DNA of 62,353 nt, the filler included, from Asterionella formosa (Eukaryota), in the NCBI GenBank assembly GCA_002256025.1. It is 7 parts of 7 records of this genome, joined end to end, with 100 filler letters (N's around TTAATTAATTAA, not from the genome) between each part and the next. Parts side by side here need not be neighbours in the genome. Positions count along the whole stretch, not along the records: positions 35,718 to 44,540 come from NKIB01011589.1; positions 44,641 to 53,450 come from NKIB01011599.1; 5 more parts are not named here. The stretch is one strand, 5' to 3'. Of this stretch, positions 35,718 through 47,431 are shown in pieces; the first letter of the stretch is position 1, and each line of letters opens with the position of its first letter. Both the position numbers and the translations under genes were made by a program. The notes beneath the pieces were generated by a model that saw only the letters and a program-made list of their open reading frames with translations, ran no database searches and was not told where the DNA came from.

Positions 35718-37113
35718 ATTCACGGTTGTACCAAACCTTACCCAAATTGGGAAAATCTCCTACCATGTTGGAGTCCTGGTAGCCCCCATTTGTGAGCGCC
35801 CTGAGTACGTAAGGGCTACGCCGGATGTTGCTGAGCATGTCGGCATTCTTGAACACGGAGATTGTCGACTGCGAGTCGAGAAGGATCCACTTGGGATCAA
35901 TCCCAGGGTCGCCGGTCTGTGCAAGCATGTATGCATACTGCGTCAATGTAGTGCCTGAGGTCGTCGATCCCTGCCTGTCAGGGCAGTCTCCCGCGTAGTG
36001 TCCTAGGCTCTGGCAGTTGTAACAGATGATGCCATCATGTAACACTCCATTGTTTCCTGCGATTTCGCCACGTTGCGCAAACGTCATTGCACTGGCCTCA
36101 GGGCTTCCAGTCGGCTGGGAGCGTGGTGTGTCTGTCCTGACGCTGGTGTTCGTTGGAGTTCTGTAGTTGACGAGAAGGCTTTGGGCTGACAATAAATCGG
36201 TGGGGTACTGATCAATTCCCATTGCATACTGGTTTGACAGGTCAGTAATGAGGGTGCCATACCTGGTGGGGTCAGCACTTCGAATCAAAGCGATTGCAAG
36301 GGTGCGTTCGCGTGCGATCTCCTTTCGCTCTTCAGTGCTACGCCCATTCCCGTCCTGATCCTGGAAGGGTACCAGTTTGTAATTTGCTGCCACGGTGCCA
36401 CCATGGTACTCGATGGTCTCAGCCCATCCTCGCAAACACTCGACGTAGTCTTCTGCAGACTGTCCTTGTAACTGACGACAATTGAGGAAGCTGGTCTGGG
36501 CGTCCAAAAGTGCAATGAAACCATTCCTGCTCTGATCGAACTGTAGAGTAATCGACTTGATCTGTTTTAGAAGCCAAAAACAATCGTTGTTGACAGTCTT
36601 GTCCTTGTAGTCATCGTGCGTTTTGATCTTTGCCTTCATGTCATCACTACACTGGCCCCAAATCACCGCATACACTGTTGCTAGGTTGCTCTTCAGGGTA
36701 TGATTGCGCTTGACATACGTTTTTACTTCTTCTGCGAAAATCATTTTCATGGTCAGTCCTGCATCGTCATCTAGGTCATCTGGCATGTCTACCATGGGAA
36801 CCGCCATGGTGTCGGCAAACAAAGGGGCAAGGTCTTCAGAGTACTTCAGTGTTTTCCTCACATATCCGTCTAGAACTTCTAACGTTTTGGCGTACTGGCG
36901 TCTGTCGCTTTGTTCTTCATAGCATTCAAATACGTTTCCGTTCATGCCCTCTGTGCTACCCTTAAAAATGCCACGGTTGTTGCTTGTCGCTTGTGTCCTT
37001 GCCCGGCCGCCACGGCTCCTGCGCGGACAGTTGTCCCTTCGCCCTCTCCCACCGGTGCTGCCGCGTCCACTCGCTAAGCTGCCGCTTGTCGTTGCGTCTG
37101 GGGTGGCGCTCAT
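35718..37113 (-). CDS. Gag-Pol polyprotein N-terminal part of a third CoDi-type element (uninterrupted to the scaffold end)
   Basis: RGG-rich N-terminus, IWGQCS, zinc knuckle CYNCQSLGHYAGDC, protease WILLDSQST; no stops over 465 codons. Confidence 0.92.
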
Positions 37114-37203
37114 GGGGTTCGTTGGTTCCTTGATTGGTGGCTGCGGCCTTCAGCTGCGCTACTCGAATCTATAAAGTGTTCAAAAAACTTGATTAGATTA
37201 AAA

Positions 37204-37618
37204 TGTTGAAACTCCAGCCTTCCATGTGAATGGCTGTTCCTTTTGTTTTATTTTATCTCGAAACAATGTTGTAACAACTACCGTATTCGACCGTATCGTA
37301 GGCCTTGAACCTAGTACTGTGTTAATCGAATACAGTTGATGAAATTGATAGCAACGAGGAAGTTGTCAAACTTAAACTTTCACTTTACTAACTGGATTGT
37401 TTCGAGATAATGGTCTCGAAACACTCTTATTACTCACACTGCATTTTAACATTTTTTCTTGACCTCTGATTGGCTTTCCTTGCGTGGTGCCTTTTACCAC
37501 GTCAGCCCAGGTAACTCTTGGTAGCGGCTGTACGGTTTTAACTGTAGTACTGTACTCTCTCGTGTCTACTATACCCTTCACGCCTGTCCTGTGGCAGTCA
37601 GCTCGAATTTTTCCAACA
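37204..37618 (-). mobile_element. Complete 415-bp 5' LTR
   Basis: Minus strand reads TGTTGGAAA...TTTCAACA, about 90 bp upstream of the gag ATG; second copy at 35239. Confidence 0.92.
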
Positions 37619-37619
37619 T

Positions 37620-38126
37620 GGGGAAGGCCGCGTCCGACTGGGAGCAGACGGATTTAGCCATCGAATAGACTATGTTGTCAATGATTCCGACAAGGAAAGT
37701 ATTATATGCACACTGAAGGGAGTAATTAAGATGCTGGCTGCAACTTGAGCCAATACAGTTATAACTTGCCATATTCGTGATCCTTCTTTAAGTTTAGACG
37801 ACAATGATTCTCGTACAAAGGAAGCCATTGAATCGAACTCTGACATAAAGGAGTATCTCGACTCGATCTCGAAACGTGGAATGAAAGAACACGAGATGGG
37901 AGTCTTTTCTGCTCATCAAATGGGTACCTGTCGCATGAGTACGTCGCCTGCTGGTGGCGTTGTCGACTCCTCTGGCGAAACGTGGGAATGCAATGATTTG
38001 TTCCTGATGGACACCAGCGCCTTTCCAACGGCTTCAGGCGCCAACCCAATGTTGACTGTTCTAGCCATTTCTCCTATGCTAAGTCTGAGACTTGTGGAGC
38101 GTTTGAACAACGAAGATGAAGGGTAA
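37620..38126 (+). pseudogene. 3' remnant of a GMC oxidoreductase (long-chain alcohol oxidase-like) gene interrupted by the LTR element
   Basis: One frame from 37620: GEGRVRL...IDY...MLAAT*A...FSAHQMGTCRM...DTSAFPTASGANPMLT. In-frame TGA at 37746-37748; begins directly at the LTR edge. Confidence 0.85.
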
Positions 38127-38600
38127 GGCCTTGTTGTCTGAAGGCAAGACTTGCGTCGATTGTGTCTTCGTTGCTGGTACGTGGGCTTGATAAAAATTGT
38201 TTTTTCTTGATTTATTTCCTTTTATTATATTAATGATCACAATGTTCATTTATTACCGAGTTCTTTCACTGTATACCTTAAAATGGCCCGCCGTCTCGAT
38301 AGATTTGGTAGTAAGTATATCATGAATAACAATTAGAACAATAAGCCTTTAGTCATTTTGCTTACAGTTGCGGTCGCTCTCCATCAATATGCCACTCATC
38401 ACCATTCAAAACGAGGCTGTGATAACAATGGCATGCAGTACGTATGACCTTGGTTCCGCATTTTGCACTTGTCAATGGTTGTATGAAGGCAATTTCCACC
38501 GAATAATGTTCATCCACGATCAGACAGAATGAAGCGGATTCAGGATTCGTTAAGCTCATGATGGTTGCTAATACCTTTATGCTAATATTTCTATCATAAA

Positions 38601-39731
38601 TTACTCTGATTTTCGATTTTTGCCTTTCTTGGATCTCGGAGGCATGACAGTCATCACCCACTCTAACTCCTCTTCGGTCAAGTCTCTAAATTCCCCCTCT
38701 GGTAAATCCCCCAAGCGCACCTCGCCATGCTTTTCTCTCTTTAACTCGACGACCGGGTGTCCACAGTTCGCTAGCATGCGCCTTACCATCCGATGCTTTC
38801 CTTCCGAAACAACCAAACTCACTTCACTCATTTCCATAATATCTTTCTTCAGGTATCCTCGTTCTTCCAAATCGTCTGTATTGTACTCCTTTGGTAAATT
38901 GTCCCTCATATGTTTCAGAATGGCCTTTGCATCATGAGGTTTCAGGTGCTTGACGTTCACCAGATTTGCAGTGTGCACACCCTCCGCCGTTTCTACCCCA
39001 CCCTCCAGTAGGGAATGCAGCTCTTCCGGGTTGACTAATCCTTCCACCGTGGCAACGTATTCTTTCGAAATTTCATGCGACGGGTGCAACAATCGTTGCG
39101 TCAACGGCCCCGAACTCGAAAAGAGCAACAACCCTGATGAATCATAGTCCAATCTCCCCACTGGGTGCAGTCCTTGACGTACATACTTTTCCGGAAGTAG
39201 TTGACTCAAGTTTGGTCGGTCCTTGGGGTCTCTCATGACACTCAGTACCCACTTTGGTTTATGGAATAGCAGCAGCAGTGGCGTTCTGGGCACTTCCTTC
39301 CCGTCCACCATAATCCGTGACTCCGTGTGAATACGCTGCGACGGCCCGAGTATATTGTTCCACTTTTCATTGGCCCATACAGCGACTCGTCTGCCTTTCA
39401 GCAAATCGAAGCACTCTGATCTCGACCCGAATCCTCGATTGGACAAGACGCGGTCGGCCCGAAAGAGAGGCGGTCGATTCACAATCAGTTTCTTGGGTCC
39501 TTTGCTGTCTGGATTTGGGATGGCATAGAATTTCTTGCGCAGCGTGCTTTGACGGCTGACAATGGCTTGGGATGGTTTCCTCTTGGACGCTTGGTCCTTC
39601 TTGTCAATTACGGCGGCAGTTGTTGAGGCCATGGATCGTAGGGCCAAGGGCAGTGTGGAAGTGAAGGACGCGGACGAGGCGGTTGGACGAGCCAACCAGT
39701 AGGTAACTATCAAGAGTCCCGCCATTCGCAT
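38601..39731 (-). CDS. RsuA/RluB-family rRNA pseudouridine synthase with S4 domain, probably organelle-targeted (start uncertain)
   Basis: S4 region RADRVLSNRGFGSRSE, FHKPK, catalytic GRLDYDSSGLLL, KEYVA, EGKHRMVRRM; hydrophobic, Ser/Ala-rich N-terminus. Confidence 0.9.
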   Translation of the reverse strand: MRMAGLLIVTYWLARPTASSASFTSTLPLALRSMASTTAAVIDKKDQASKRKPSQAIVSRQSTLRKKFYAIPNPDSKGPKKLIVNRPPLFRADRVLSNRGFGSRSECFDLLKGRRVAVWANEKWNNILGPSQRIHTESRIMVDGKEVPRTPLLLLFHKPKWVLSVMRDPKDRPNLSQLLPEKYVRQGLHPVGRLDYDSSGLLLFSSSGPLTQRLLHPSHEISKEYVATVEGLVNPEELHSLLEGGVETAEGVHTANLVNVKHLKPHDAKAILKHMRDNLPKEYNTDDLEERGYLKKDIMEMSEVSLVVSEGKHRMVRRMLANCGHPVVELKREKHGEVRLGDLPEGEFRDLTEEELEWVMTVMPPRSKKGKNRKSE

Positions 39732-40350
39732 GACTGGTTGGGAGACAAATGAGGACGATGAGGAGGAAGTAGGTTGTTGTGTGTGCAAGTAAGAGCTGGT
39801 CAACGATCGAGATGCTTCAGACTAAAGGAATCATACGAAACAAAAAATAAATACCAGTGGTAGAGGATCTCTGATTTTATCAACATGAGCGACAAAACAC
39901 ATTTCATGGCCCCTGCTGCTGGCGGCTTGCATTGAATTTATTTAGCTAGCAAACACACACCGATACGGTAGTATAGTAATGATTCTGTAGTCCAGCTTTT
40001 ATATTTAATAATCTCCTATTATATATAATACACTTATATTAGTTTATATTCGAGTTGTTCAGGAATGTACATAGTAAGTCCCTGGTGTGCCAGGTACTCC
40101 GGAGTAACTGATAGGAGTACCCTGATACCTGATACCTGGTACTCCTACCGTGTACGAAGAAATGATGATGGCCATGCACGGTCGGCTGCGCCTTCGAGAT
40201 AGGAACCAAGTACCGTAACAAGAAAAGGAGTGGTTCTTGCTTTGAACAAGCAACACACCAGCCAGGACGGAACATTGATCCCGAAGGCCGACATTGTTAA
40301 ATATCACTCATCATTATCATTGTCATCATCACCACATCGATTCAATCACC

Positions 40351-40901
40351 ATGCAGGTAAGAAAAGCAAAAAGACACAGCCAGCGGAGGAACACACAGTC
40401 CTGGCTATCCGAGTATGTTGGACTTGTCCGAATGGAACCATGAATGGAAGGATATCCTGACAGGTAGTGTACAGTGTCCAGAGAGTGAGCAATCAACGAT
40501 GGAATCATCACTCCTGCGAGACAATTCCAACCAACACTAACGCACCAACAATCCTTCCGTCCATTGTCATTGCCATGCAGATCTTCATCAAGACCCTGAC
40601 CGGGAGAAAGGATGCCTTCAATTTCGAACCAGAGAACCAAGTATTGGCAGTCAAACAAGCCTTGCAAGAAAAAGAAGGCATTCAAGTCGATCAGATTCGT
40701 TTGATTCATTCTGGAAAGCAACTGTAAGTATGGACGGTGTGATATGCATTGGCAATGAATAGGAACTCTTGCTTGCCAAAATACATGTGACTAAGAATAC
40801 TTCATATTTTCAGGTCGGACGACAAGACACTGGAGCACTACAATATTGCTGCCGGTGCTACCATTCATATGGTTCTTCAATTGCGTGGGGGATCGTGCTG
40901 A
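40351..40901 (+). CDS. NEDD8: NEDD8/Rub1 ubiquitin-like modifier; exons 40351-40356, 40581-40723, 40814-40901 (alternative start ATG 40575 gives the same protein)
   Basis: MQIFIKTLTGRK...EKEGIQVDQIRLIHSGKQLSDDKT...IHMVLQLRGG-SC. The residue at position 72 is not Arg (LQLRGG), as in protist NEDD8; short C-terminal propeptide; GT-AG introns with ctaa branch sites. Confidence 0.88.
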
Positions 40902-41048
40902 GAGATAGACGAGCCAGGAAGTGTGGAACGTGGGAATTGTATAGTGAATCGATCAATGGAAGAAAGGGCGTGGCAGAAACAAAACAACTACCGGTACCGG
41001 GTATAGGACCATAGAAAATAGTATCCAATCAACACAGGCATTCTTACT

Positions 41049-42770
41049 CTATTGTTGACGACTACTAGAGCTGTCACTACCACCACCACCCTCATCATCA
41101 ACATTTTTCGTTGTGGTTCCAAAGTGGGTCGGACTAGCCAATCGTCGGAGTTCAGGAATATCCTTCTCCACAATCTTAACTAGCGAAGCAACTTCTCCAC
41201 TTGTCGCACTGGGAAGATTGCTCAGTCCATGCTGATGAAGACAGAGTCGCAAAGGCTCTTGAATACGTTGCCACACTGACGCTGTAAACTCGTCTGCATC
41301 ACTCACTTCTCGCGAATAACATCGTTGAAAACATGCAGACAGATCTTCTGCAGACGTCAAGGTCACTTCCACTTCCTTCATTTTAGATGCATTGTACCAT
41401 GTCAATCCACCCACACCCACAACTGCCGCTGCGACTGCACCACCTGTCAATCCCGTGGGGAGATTCAAGTACACTGACAGGCTCACTAAACCAGCTGCTC
41501 CCAACACTCCACTTGCCTCCTGTACTCGACATTCCCACTTTCGTTTACGATACCGTTGTCGTACATCCTCCAACAATGTGGCATGCATCCATAGCAATTG
41601 AACGGAATCATGTAAATGAGTAATCATATTATCAATCCGTCGTTTGGGTGCCTTCATTACTTCTGCAACAACGTCCATTCGAGTTTGATGCAAATCCGCA
41701 GGTGCACTAGCATCGCCCATGGGCAAACACATGGTAAAAATACGAGGCAAGTCCTTCCGAGGTATGACCTTGGACAAATTCCAACATAAACTTCCGTAGG
41801 CACGGGCAAAGTCATGAATTTTTTTAAATTGATCTGCCTTGTTCAGTACAATCAATAGTTTGTGATCCATACCAGCCAAGGAATGGAGCAAAATTTTTAA
41901 TGTCTCACCCGTGGTTCCTGGCTTATCAGGATCGAAGAACAGTAGAACCACGTCTGCTCGTTCGGCAAACCACTTGACGACACCCTGAAAGTCATATCCC
42001 CGGTCCATGGATTCAGCATGAGGACTATCAATCATCCCCGGACTATCCACAAGCATAAAATTGGTATTCTGAATGCCTTTGCGCACTTTCAGTTGCGTGT
42101 GATGAATGAGGGTGGGTCCGAATTGTCTTAGATTTTGAAATCCCATGTCAGGATCCCCAATCAAGGCAGGACCGTCTTGGTCTGTGTCGTCTGGACCAGG
42201 AGCCATGACAGTGAAACAATCGTCTGTAGGGGCTACTCCTGCCGTCTGGACTGATCGGCCCATTATGTAATTGGCAAACGACGATTTTCCTGAAAGGGAT
42301 CGAAAAGTGATAATTTGTTAGTATTTGGTGTTTTTCCAAGGTCAGTGCAAGTTGGAAAACTGAAAATTCCTTACCTGAGCTGTGATTCCCCACGAGGAAG
42401 ACAAAGGGCAAGGACGTGCCCTGATTTGAGTTTTTCGCCAGTGGGCCTCGGAGCTGACGAAAGAACGAACGAATTGATTGTGTGCGTGAGTGAGTGAGTG
42501 AGTAATGCTGATAAATTAAAGAGATATCAATACCGATTATAGACGTCGTACCTTCTCATTAAGTGGCATGATGGAGCTATGCAATGCAGCACATTTGTCG
42601 AGCACTTGAGTTTGAATCTGAGCATCTACCGATAAAGGTGCAAACGGACTCGTGGCATCTGCGTCTTTCTTGGGTAATTTGTCGTTCCAGTTCCACGACG
42701 ATGCAAAGGGCCGAACCAATGTCGAGTGGGAAGACCGGCGAAGGGCAACGCGTAAGATCGTGATCGCCAT
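41049..42770 (-). CDS. EHD/sarcalumenin-related dynamin-superfamily NTPase with mitochondrial presequence and two TM helices (MfnL-like), 512 aa; exons 42770-42552, 42453-42375, 42289-41049
   Basis: Splicing restores G1 GNHSSGKS; G2 GVAPTD, G3 DSPG, G4 NKAD, RAYGSLCWNLSK. N-terminus is Arg/Ser-rich with no acidic residues; paired hydrophobic segments near the C-terminus; no EH domain. Confidence 0.88.
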
Positions 42771-44540
42771 GGTGGGTGCGATGAGATGGATATGTGCGTT
42801 TGGTTTTGTGAATTGACACAAGTAACATACCAGTATCGATATATGTGTACAGGCTATGTTTTAAAATACGGCGATCTTGAGGAGGAAGAAAGAAGCGTTA
42901 TTTAAAACCGCTACAAATTCGATGATTGATGGTGAGGGGCCTTTAACAATACACCCCAGCACCCCTTGGGTCATGATCTTTTGCTTGCTTAGCCCTACGC
43001 ACCGCCGTCCATTATTTGGTTGCTGCTTGTTCAAGGATGTACATATATCCTTGCATTTTGGCTACCTGGTACCGTACACCTGCCCCAACTCTACAACCAG
43101 ATACTCCTTTGCTCCCTGGTACCATTGAGGCAATTCACAAACTAGCTATCGTCGCGCCATTTGTTACCTACACCCCACTCATCAACTGTAAATGTCAATT
43201 TTAGCTCGCTATAGCCCATCATATAAAATATATTTCGGATATTTCCTATCTTCACATCGAAATTTGCAATGGGTCCAATATTGCCCATCATTGAAATGTA
43301 TTTTGTATATTTCCGATGTTTGCATTTTGTCATTACAGTTTGAGGCAATTGCCCCTCGGTTGTCCAGCCCTTGGATTGCCGAAATCGGCAAGGGGTTTAC
43401 TTAAGGAAACCATTTTATATACTCTACAGATATCTTGAATTCACCTCGTTTTTGTTCGTCTCCTGAAATGTGGACTCCGGCAATTCACCTTTCACCATGC
43501 CTATCGTCATCCATCGTGACCGGTTTGAAGCGAAATCAGTTCACCAGCCATGATGCCAGTAGCGATTTGTTGTCTAACGGATGCGGTTGGTTGTTGGATT
43601 GCTTGTCTTCTCAAGGGATTCATGTAGTCGCATTGTCCAAATTTCGTTGGACAAATGATGATGTTGATACATCTGATGTTGGTGGCAAAATTTTGCTCCG
43701 GTCATGCATGTGATGATGCTTAACGGATATTCTACCGGTATTCATCTAGCCTACATATGCACATGGTACTAAAAACAACCATGCATGGTTTAAGCTTAAC
43801 TTGAATGCTTACTTTGAGCACATTATAATATTATCTCTGTAGACTTGGTTTTATCGTTACAAGACCAGAATGTTAAATTGTATTGTTCACATATTGATTG
43901 ATTTTATGTACTGTATGCCCGATTTCGTCCTCACAATTATAATTCTCACTCTATCCTGACTGCCGTTGCTCAATTCGGGCTTGCAGCAGGAACTTTCGAC
44001 TTTCTTATGAGCCCATCATCTGCTGCATGTTACGCTTGTTCGAGAGGATCGGTGAGTACAACAGTGAAACACTGAATGTGATCGTAGATAGTACTAATTG
44101 TCAAATTTCCGATTTGATTGCTTCCATGGTCCGTTTTGATCGCTTCCATTATTGCTTGTTGTTCCACACTCTCGTTTTGTTTTGATTGTATCTATCTACA
44201 TAAGAACAAATGTATTTATCAACAATGACTAATCTTTGACGACATATTGTTGTTATCGTATCTGTTGATTTGTATAGTCATTTACCATGATGTCAATATT
44301 GCCACCAAGCAATGCTTTTCTTCATCTAAGCCGCGTATTACGTGAAGTGACCATCACGTAAATAAGCCTAGTTGATTTTGAATGGATCACATGAATTAGT
44401 TGAACACATCAAGATGCTTACTTGAATATATCTATATATTATCTGAATACATCACGTTAATTATTTGATCAGAGTATCATGCATGCATTCCTGATCATCA
44501 CTATATTACGTGATCACCTTCACATAATTATTTGAAATAC

Positions 44541-44640
44541 NNNNNNNNNNNNNNNNNNNNNNNNNNNNNNNNNNNNNNNNNNNNTTAATTAATTAANNNN
44601 NNNNNNNNNNNNNNNNNNNNNNNNNNNNNNNNNNNNNNNN
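44541..44640. other. Artificial scaffold-concatenation spacer
   Basis: N44-TTAATTAATTAA-N44. Confidence 0.97.
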
Positions 44641-45266
44641 TTACAATAGGCCGCGACTGAAACAAGATTCTATGGACTGAACGTAAAATGAATCTCCTTT
44701 TCTTGGCTGCCCTTGCTTGGCTGCGAGTTAGCACTTCACAGTTGCTTGCCTTCAATTGATAAAAAGTTATAAACGTATTTGTATATGTCTATACTTCATA
44801 AATGAACACGTCACGGCACCCACAGAATCATACGTACAGCGTATGCTTATATAGCGGCATATTGATCCCGATTCGAAAGTGCACATGCTCATACGTGTGA
44901 ACATACTATGTAAATACCTGTATGTTCAGGAGCGATCGCATGTCTAGAGGTTCCAGCACGGTTGTGTATTAATAGCTTCGTAATAAATAAATAAATCCTC
45001 TTGTAAATTTGTTCCTCCTATTCCCGCCAGTATGACCGTTACTTTACTGTACACATGTATTTTTTGGAACCAGTGTCGAAGCAACCTGGTACCAGGACGG
45101 CCCAGTTGCGCACGTCTTAGGCGCACTTATTCAGTTTCTACTCACTCCCTAATGTAAGACTCCACAGAAAACGAAACCACCCTGCATTGGCAATTCTTGG
45201 TACGTTTTCAACCGGTTTTCGACATCCAAATCCAGGCATACCTTATGATGGGCTTCGCAATTTTTT

Positions 45267-45708
45267 CCAATACGAAGGAATCAGTCATTTGATTTTTTTC
45301 AATACAAGGTAATATACAATTCCAACACAAGGTTCACCTGCTTGTATTGGCAAAACGTCAGTATGACAAGTCAAATACAAGGTGAAAACATATCCGGGTA
45401 TCATTCCAATTCAAGATATTCCTTTGTTTTTCGTGAGAATATCATCCAATACAATGTATTCCCTGTATCGGACTATGTTTATTTCCCAATAAAAGGTGGT
45501 GGCATTTTGCAATTCAAGGTTGCCCCTGTATTGGGTTTTGGCTGTACTACATCATGTCCCAATACAAGGTGATAAGCTCCAATATAAGGTGACAATATTT
45601 TCCAATCAAAAAGGCCCCTGTATTGGGTTTTGGCGGTACTATGTCTCATCCCAATACAAGGTGACAATATTTTGCAATTCAAGGTTGACCCTGTATTGGT
45701 CTATAGTG
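45267..45708. mobile_element. CACTA (EnSpm)-type transposon end with a subterminal repeat array
   Basis: Terminates in CTATAGTG (reverse complement CACTATAG). More than 12 CAATACAAGG-like motifs in both orientations occupy the last 440 bp. Confidence 0.7.
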
Positions 45709-46804
45709 CTGGTATAGTGTACATACGAGATCATAGTATGATGCATATTGATAAAACCGTTATTTTTTGATTTGTATGATCATTCAGTAATGTATACTTT
45801 CAACATTTTCAAAATTTGGTTTTGTGTCCTCTACAATGCGTATTGATCATATAAACCCGTCATTTTGTTTTTCATATTATCATACAGTCATTTATACTTT
45901 CAAAATTTTTAATGTGTCTGGCTGCTGGCATATGATATGTTGTCACTCAAATTATTCTGTACTGACTGTGTATACTAGAATAGTATATATATAGACAGGG
46001 AAATCATCATTGACGAGTCATCGCTATTTATTGACATCAAAAACTAATGCATCCAAGTGATTGAAAAGAACACAGTTAGCTCCGGTTGTTTCATGCAAAA
46101 TGATGTAAGCAGTCCAAATTCGATGGTTATGGTTTTGTCGTTCTTTTGTTTGTGCATGCACTTTCTCAACCATGCTCTTTCTTCTGTCATTGAAGTGTTT
46201 TCAGAAAATTTCTGTCGTATTCAGCAAGTTCTAGTCCTAGTCGGAAAAATTTAGCCATTGTCAGCAAATTCTAGTCATTTATGGTGGCCTTGTGCGGCAA
46301 TAGCCACAACACCAAACCATGACAAATTGGAGAATGGAACAGATTGAATGATTTCAAAAAAAGAATAAAGCACCAGTATAGGCGTATAGACTACCATAAA
46401 TCCTGTGCTCATGTCCTCCCCCATGCTCTTGTCTCCTCGTTGTACATCTGGTACTAGGCACCCAAATATTGTACATGTGCAGAAAATTAAACATATTATG
46501 TTTCATTTGTAAGAAGCTACCAGTATGTATCACATTATTTTGTTCGGCACTGTCACCAAAGGACATCCTGTCGAGATGGAGCAATACTCGGCCTACGTGG
46601 CTGGTGTCACAAATGGGAGAAGCTATGTGCAACATAGATGCTGTGGAGCTCATGTTGCTGTCATCAAATCGTCAGCGGTTTGTTGTAGTTGTTGCTGACA
46701 TGATGAAAACGAATGATGACTTATTCCGGTACCAGGTACTGGTACACCTTTACTGTTACAAGGGTCAATGTCCAGGGTACATACCGACATATTAATACAC
46801 GGAC

Positions 46805-47112
46805 GCAATATACTATACTGACTCGAAGATGCTGAGCAGAATAATTGGGGTTTGTGCTTCCTACATTCTAAGTAGTCAACACGGAATCCTACGTGAAGAT
46901 AACTTTGGCAAAAAGTTATATAAACAACGTTATAATGTGTTTAGGTAAAACTTATTGGGATGCATACACATAGGGACGGAATCTCCTACCAGTAATGCAA
47001 ACAACGCGTTTGCGTTGGGATTTTCACTCCCATTAGCATTGCATTTTAGGGTTACAGAAACAGAAAGACAACACTGTTTGGTTGGCGCTTTTTTCCACGG
47101 ATAGCACTGGCC
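46805..47112 (-). mobile_element. Diverged partial copy of the Tourist-like element at 48707, opposite orientation
   Basis: Reverse complement GGCCAGTGCTATCCGTGG...AAACAGTGTT...TAACCCTAAAA...GGGAGTGAAAA...CGTAGGATTCC aligns with 48707-48965. Confidence 0.8.
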
Positions 47113-47431
47113 TTAAGCGCCTAACACATATTTACTTTCAACCTAAGCACCAAAAGATTATTTACTTTTAGCTTAAGCACCAGCAACTTGCGATAATTTT
47201 GCTATACCTAGTTCCATGTAAGACTTCGTACTGGCGATACTGATTCCAATTCCAAATTAATACATTTGCATCTTCTTGATATCTGTTTAATAAACCAGCC
47301 CGGCCGGCTAGTTGTTTCTATAATTATTTAACTTTAATCTGATTTAGCATAAATATTGAGACCAATCTGTTTTGCTTATTCTGCCATTTGCTTCTCATTC
47401 GTTTTGCTTAAAGCAAGACCGTTTTGCTTAA

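Noticed and set aside
35239..37618. Two LTRs facing each other, suggesting an inverted-LTR (DIRS-like) element or an inversion joining the USP and GMC pseudogenes
   Set aside because: They are on different scaffolds separated by an artificial spacer, their flanks share no target duplication (ATGTG vs TGGGG), and the internal ORF is ordinary Copia gag-protease.
37746..37748. Selenocysteine or readthrough TGA in the GMC oxidase
   Set aside because: The position corresponds to a Gly (AAGA-type motif), one change from GGA, and the gene is already broken by an LTR.
39823..39932. Extra upstream exon for the pseudouridine synthase
   Set aside because: It would need a 33-nt intron, far shorter than the other introns in this window (62 nt or longer).
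45267..45708. CRISPR-like repeat array
   Set aside because: Repeats are ~10 bp, irregularly spaced, in both orientations and end at a CACTA terminus; no cas genes, eukaryotic context.
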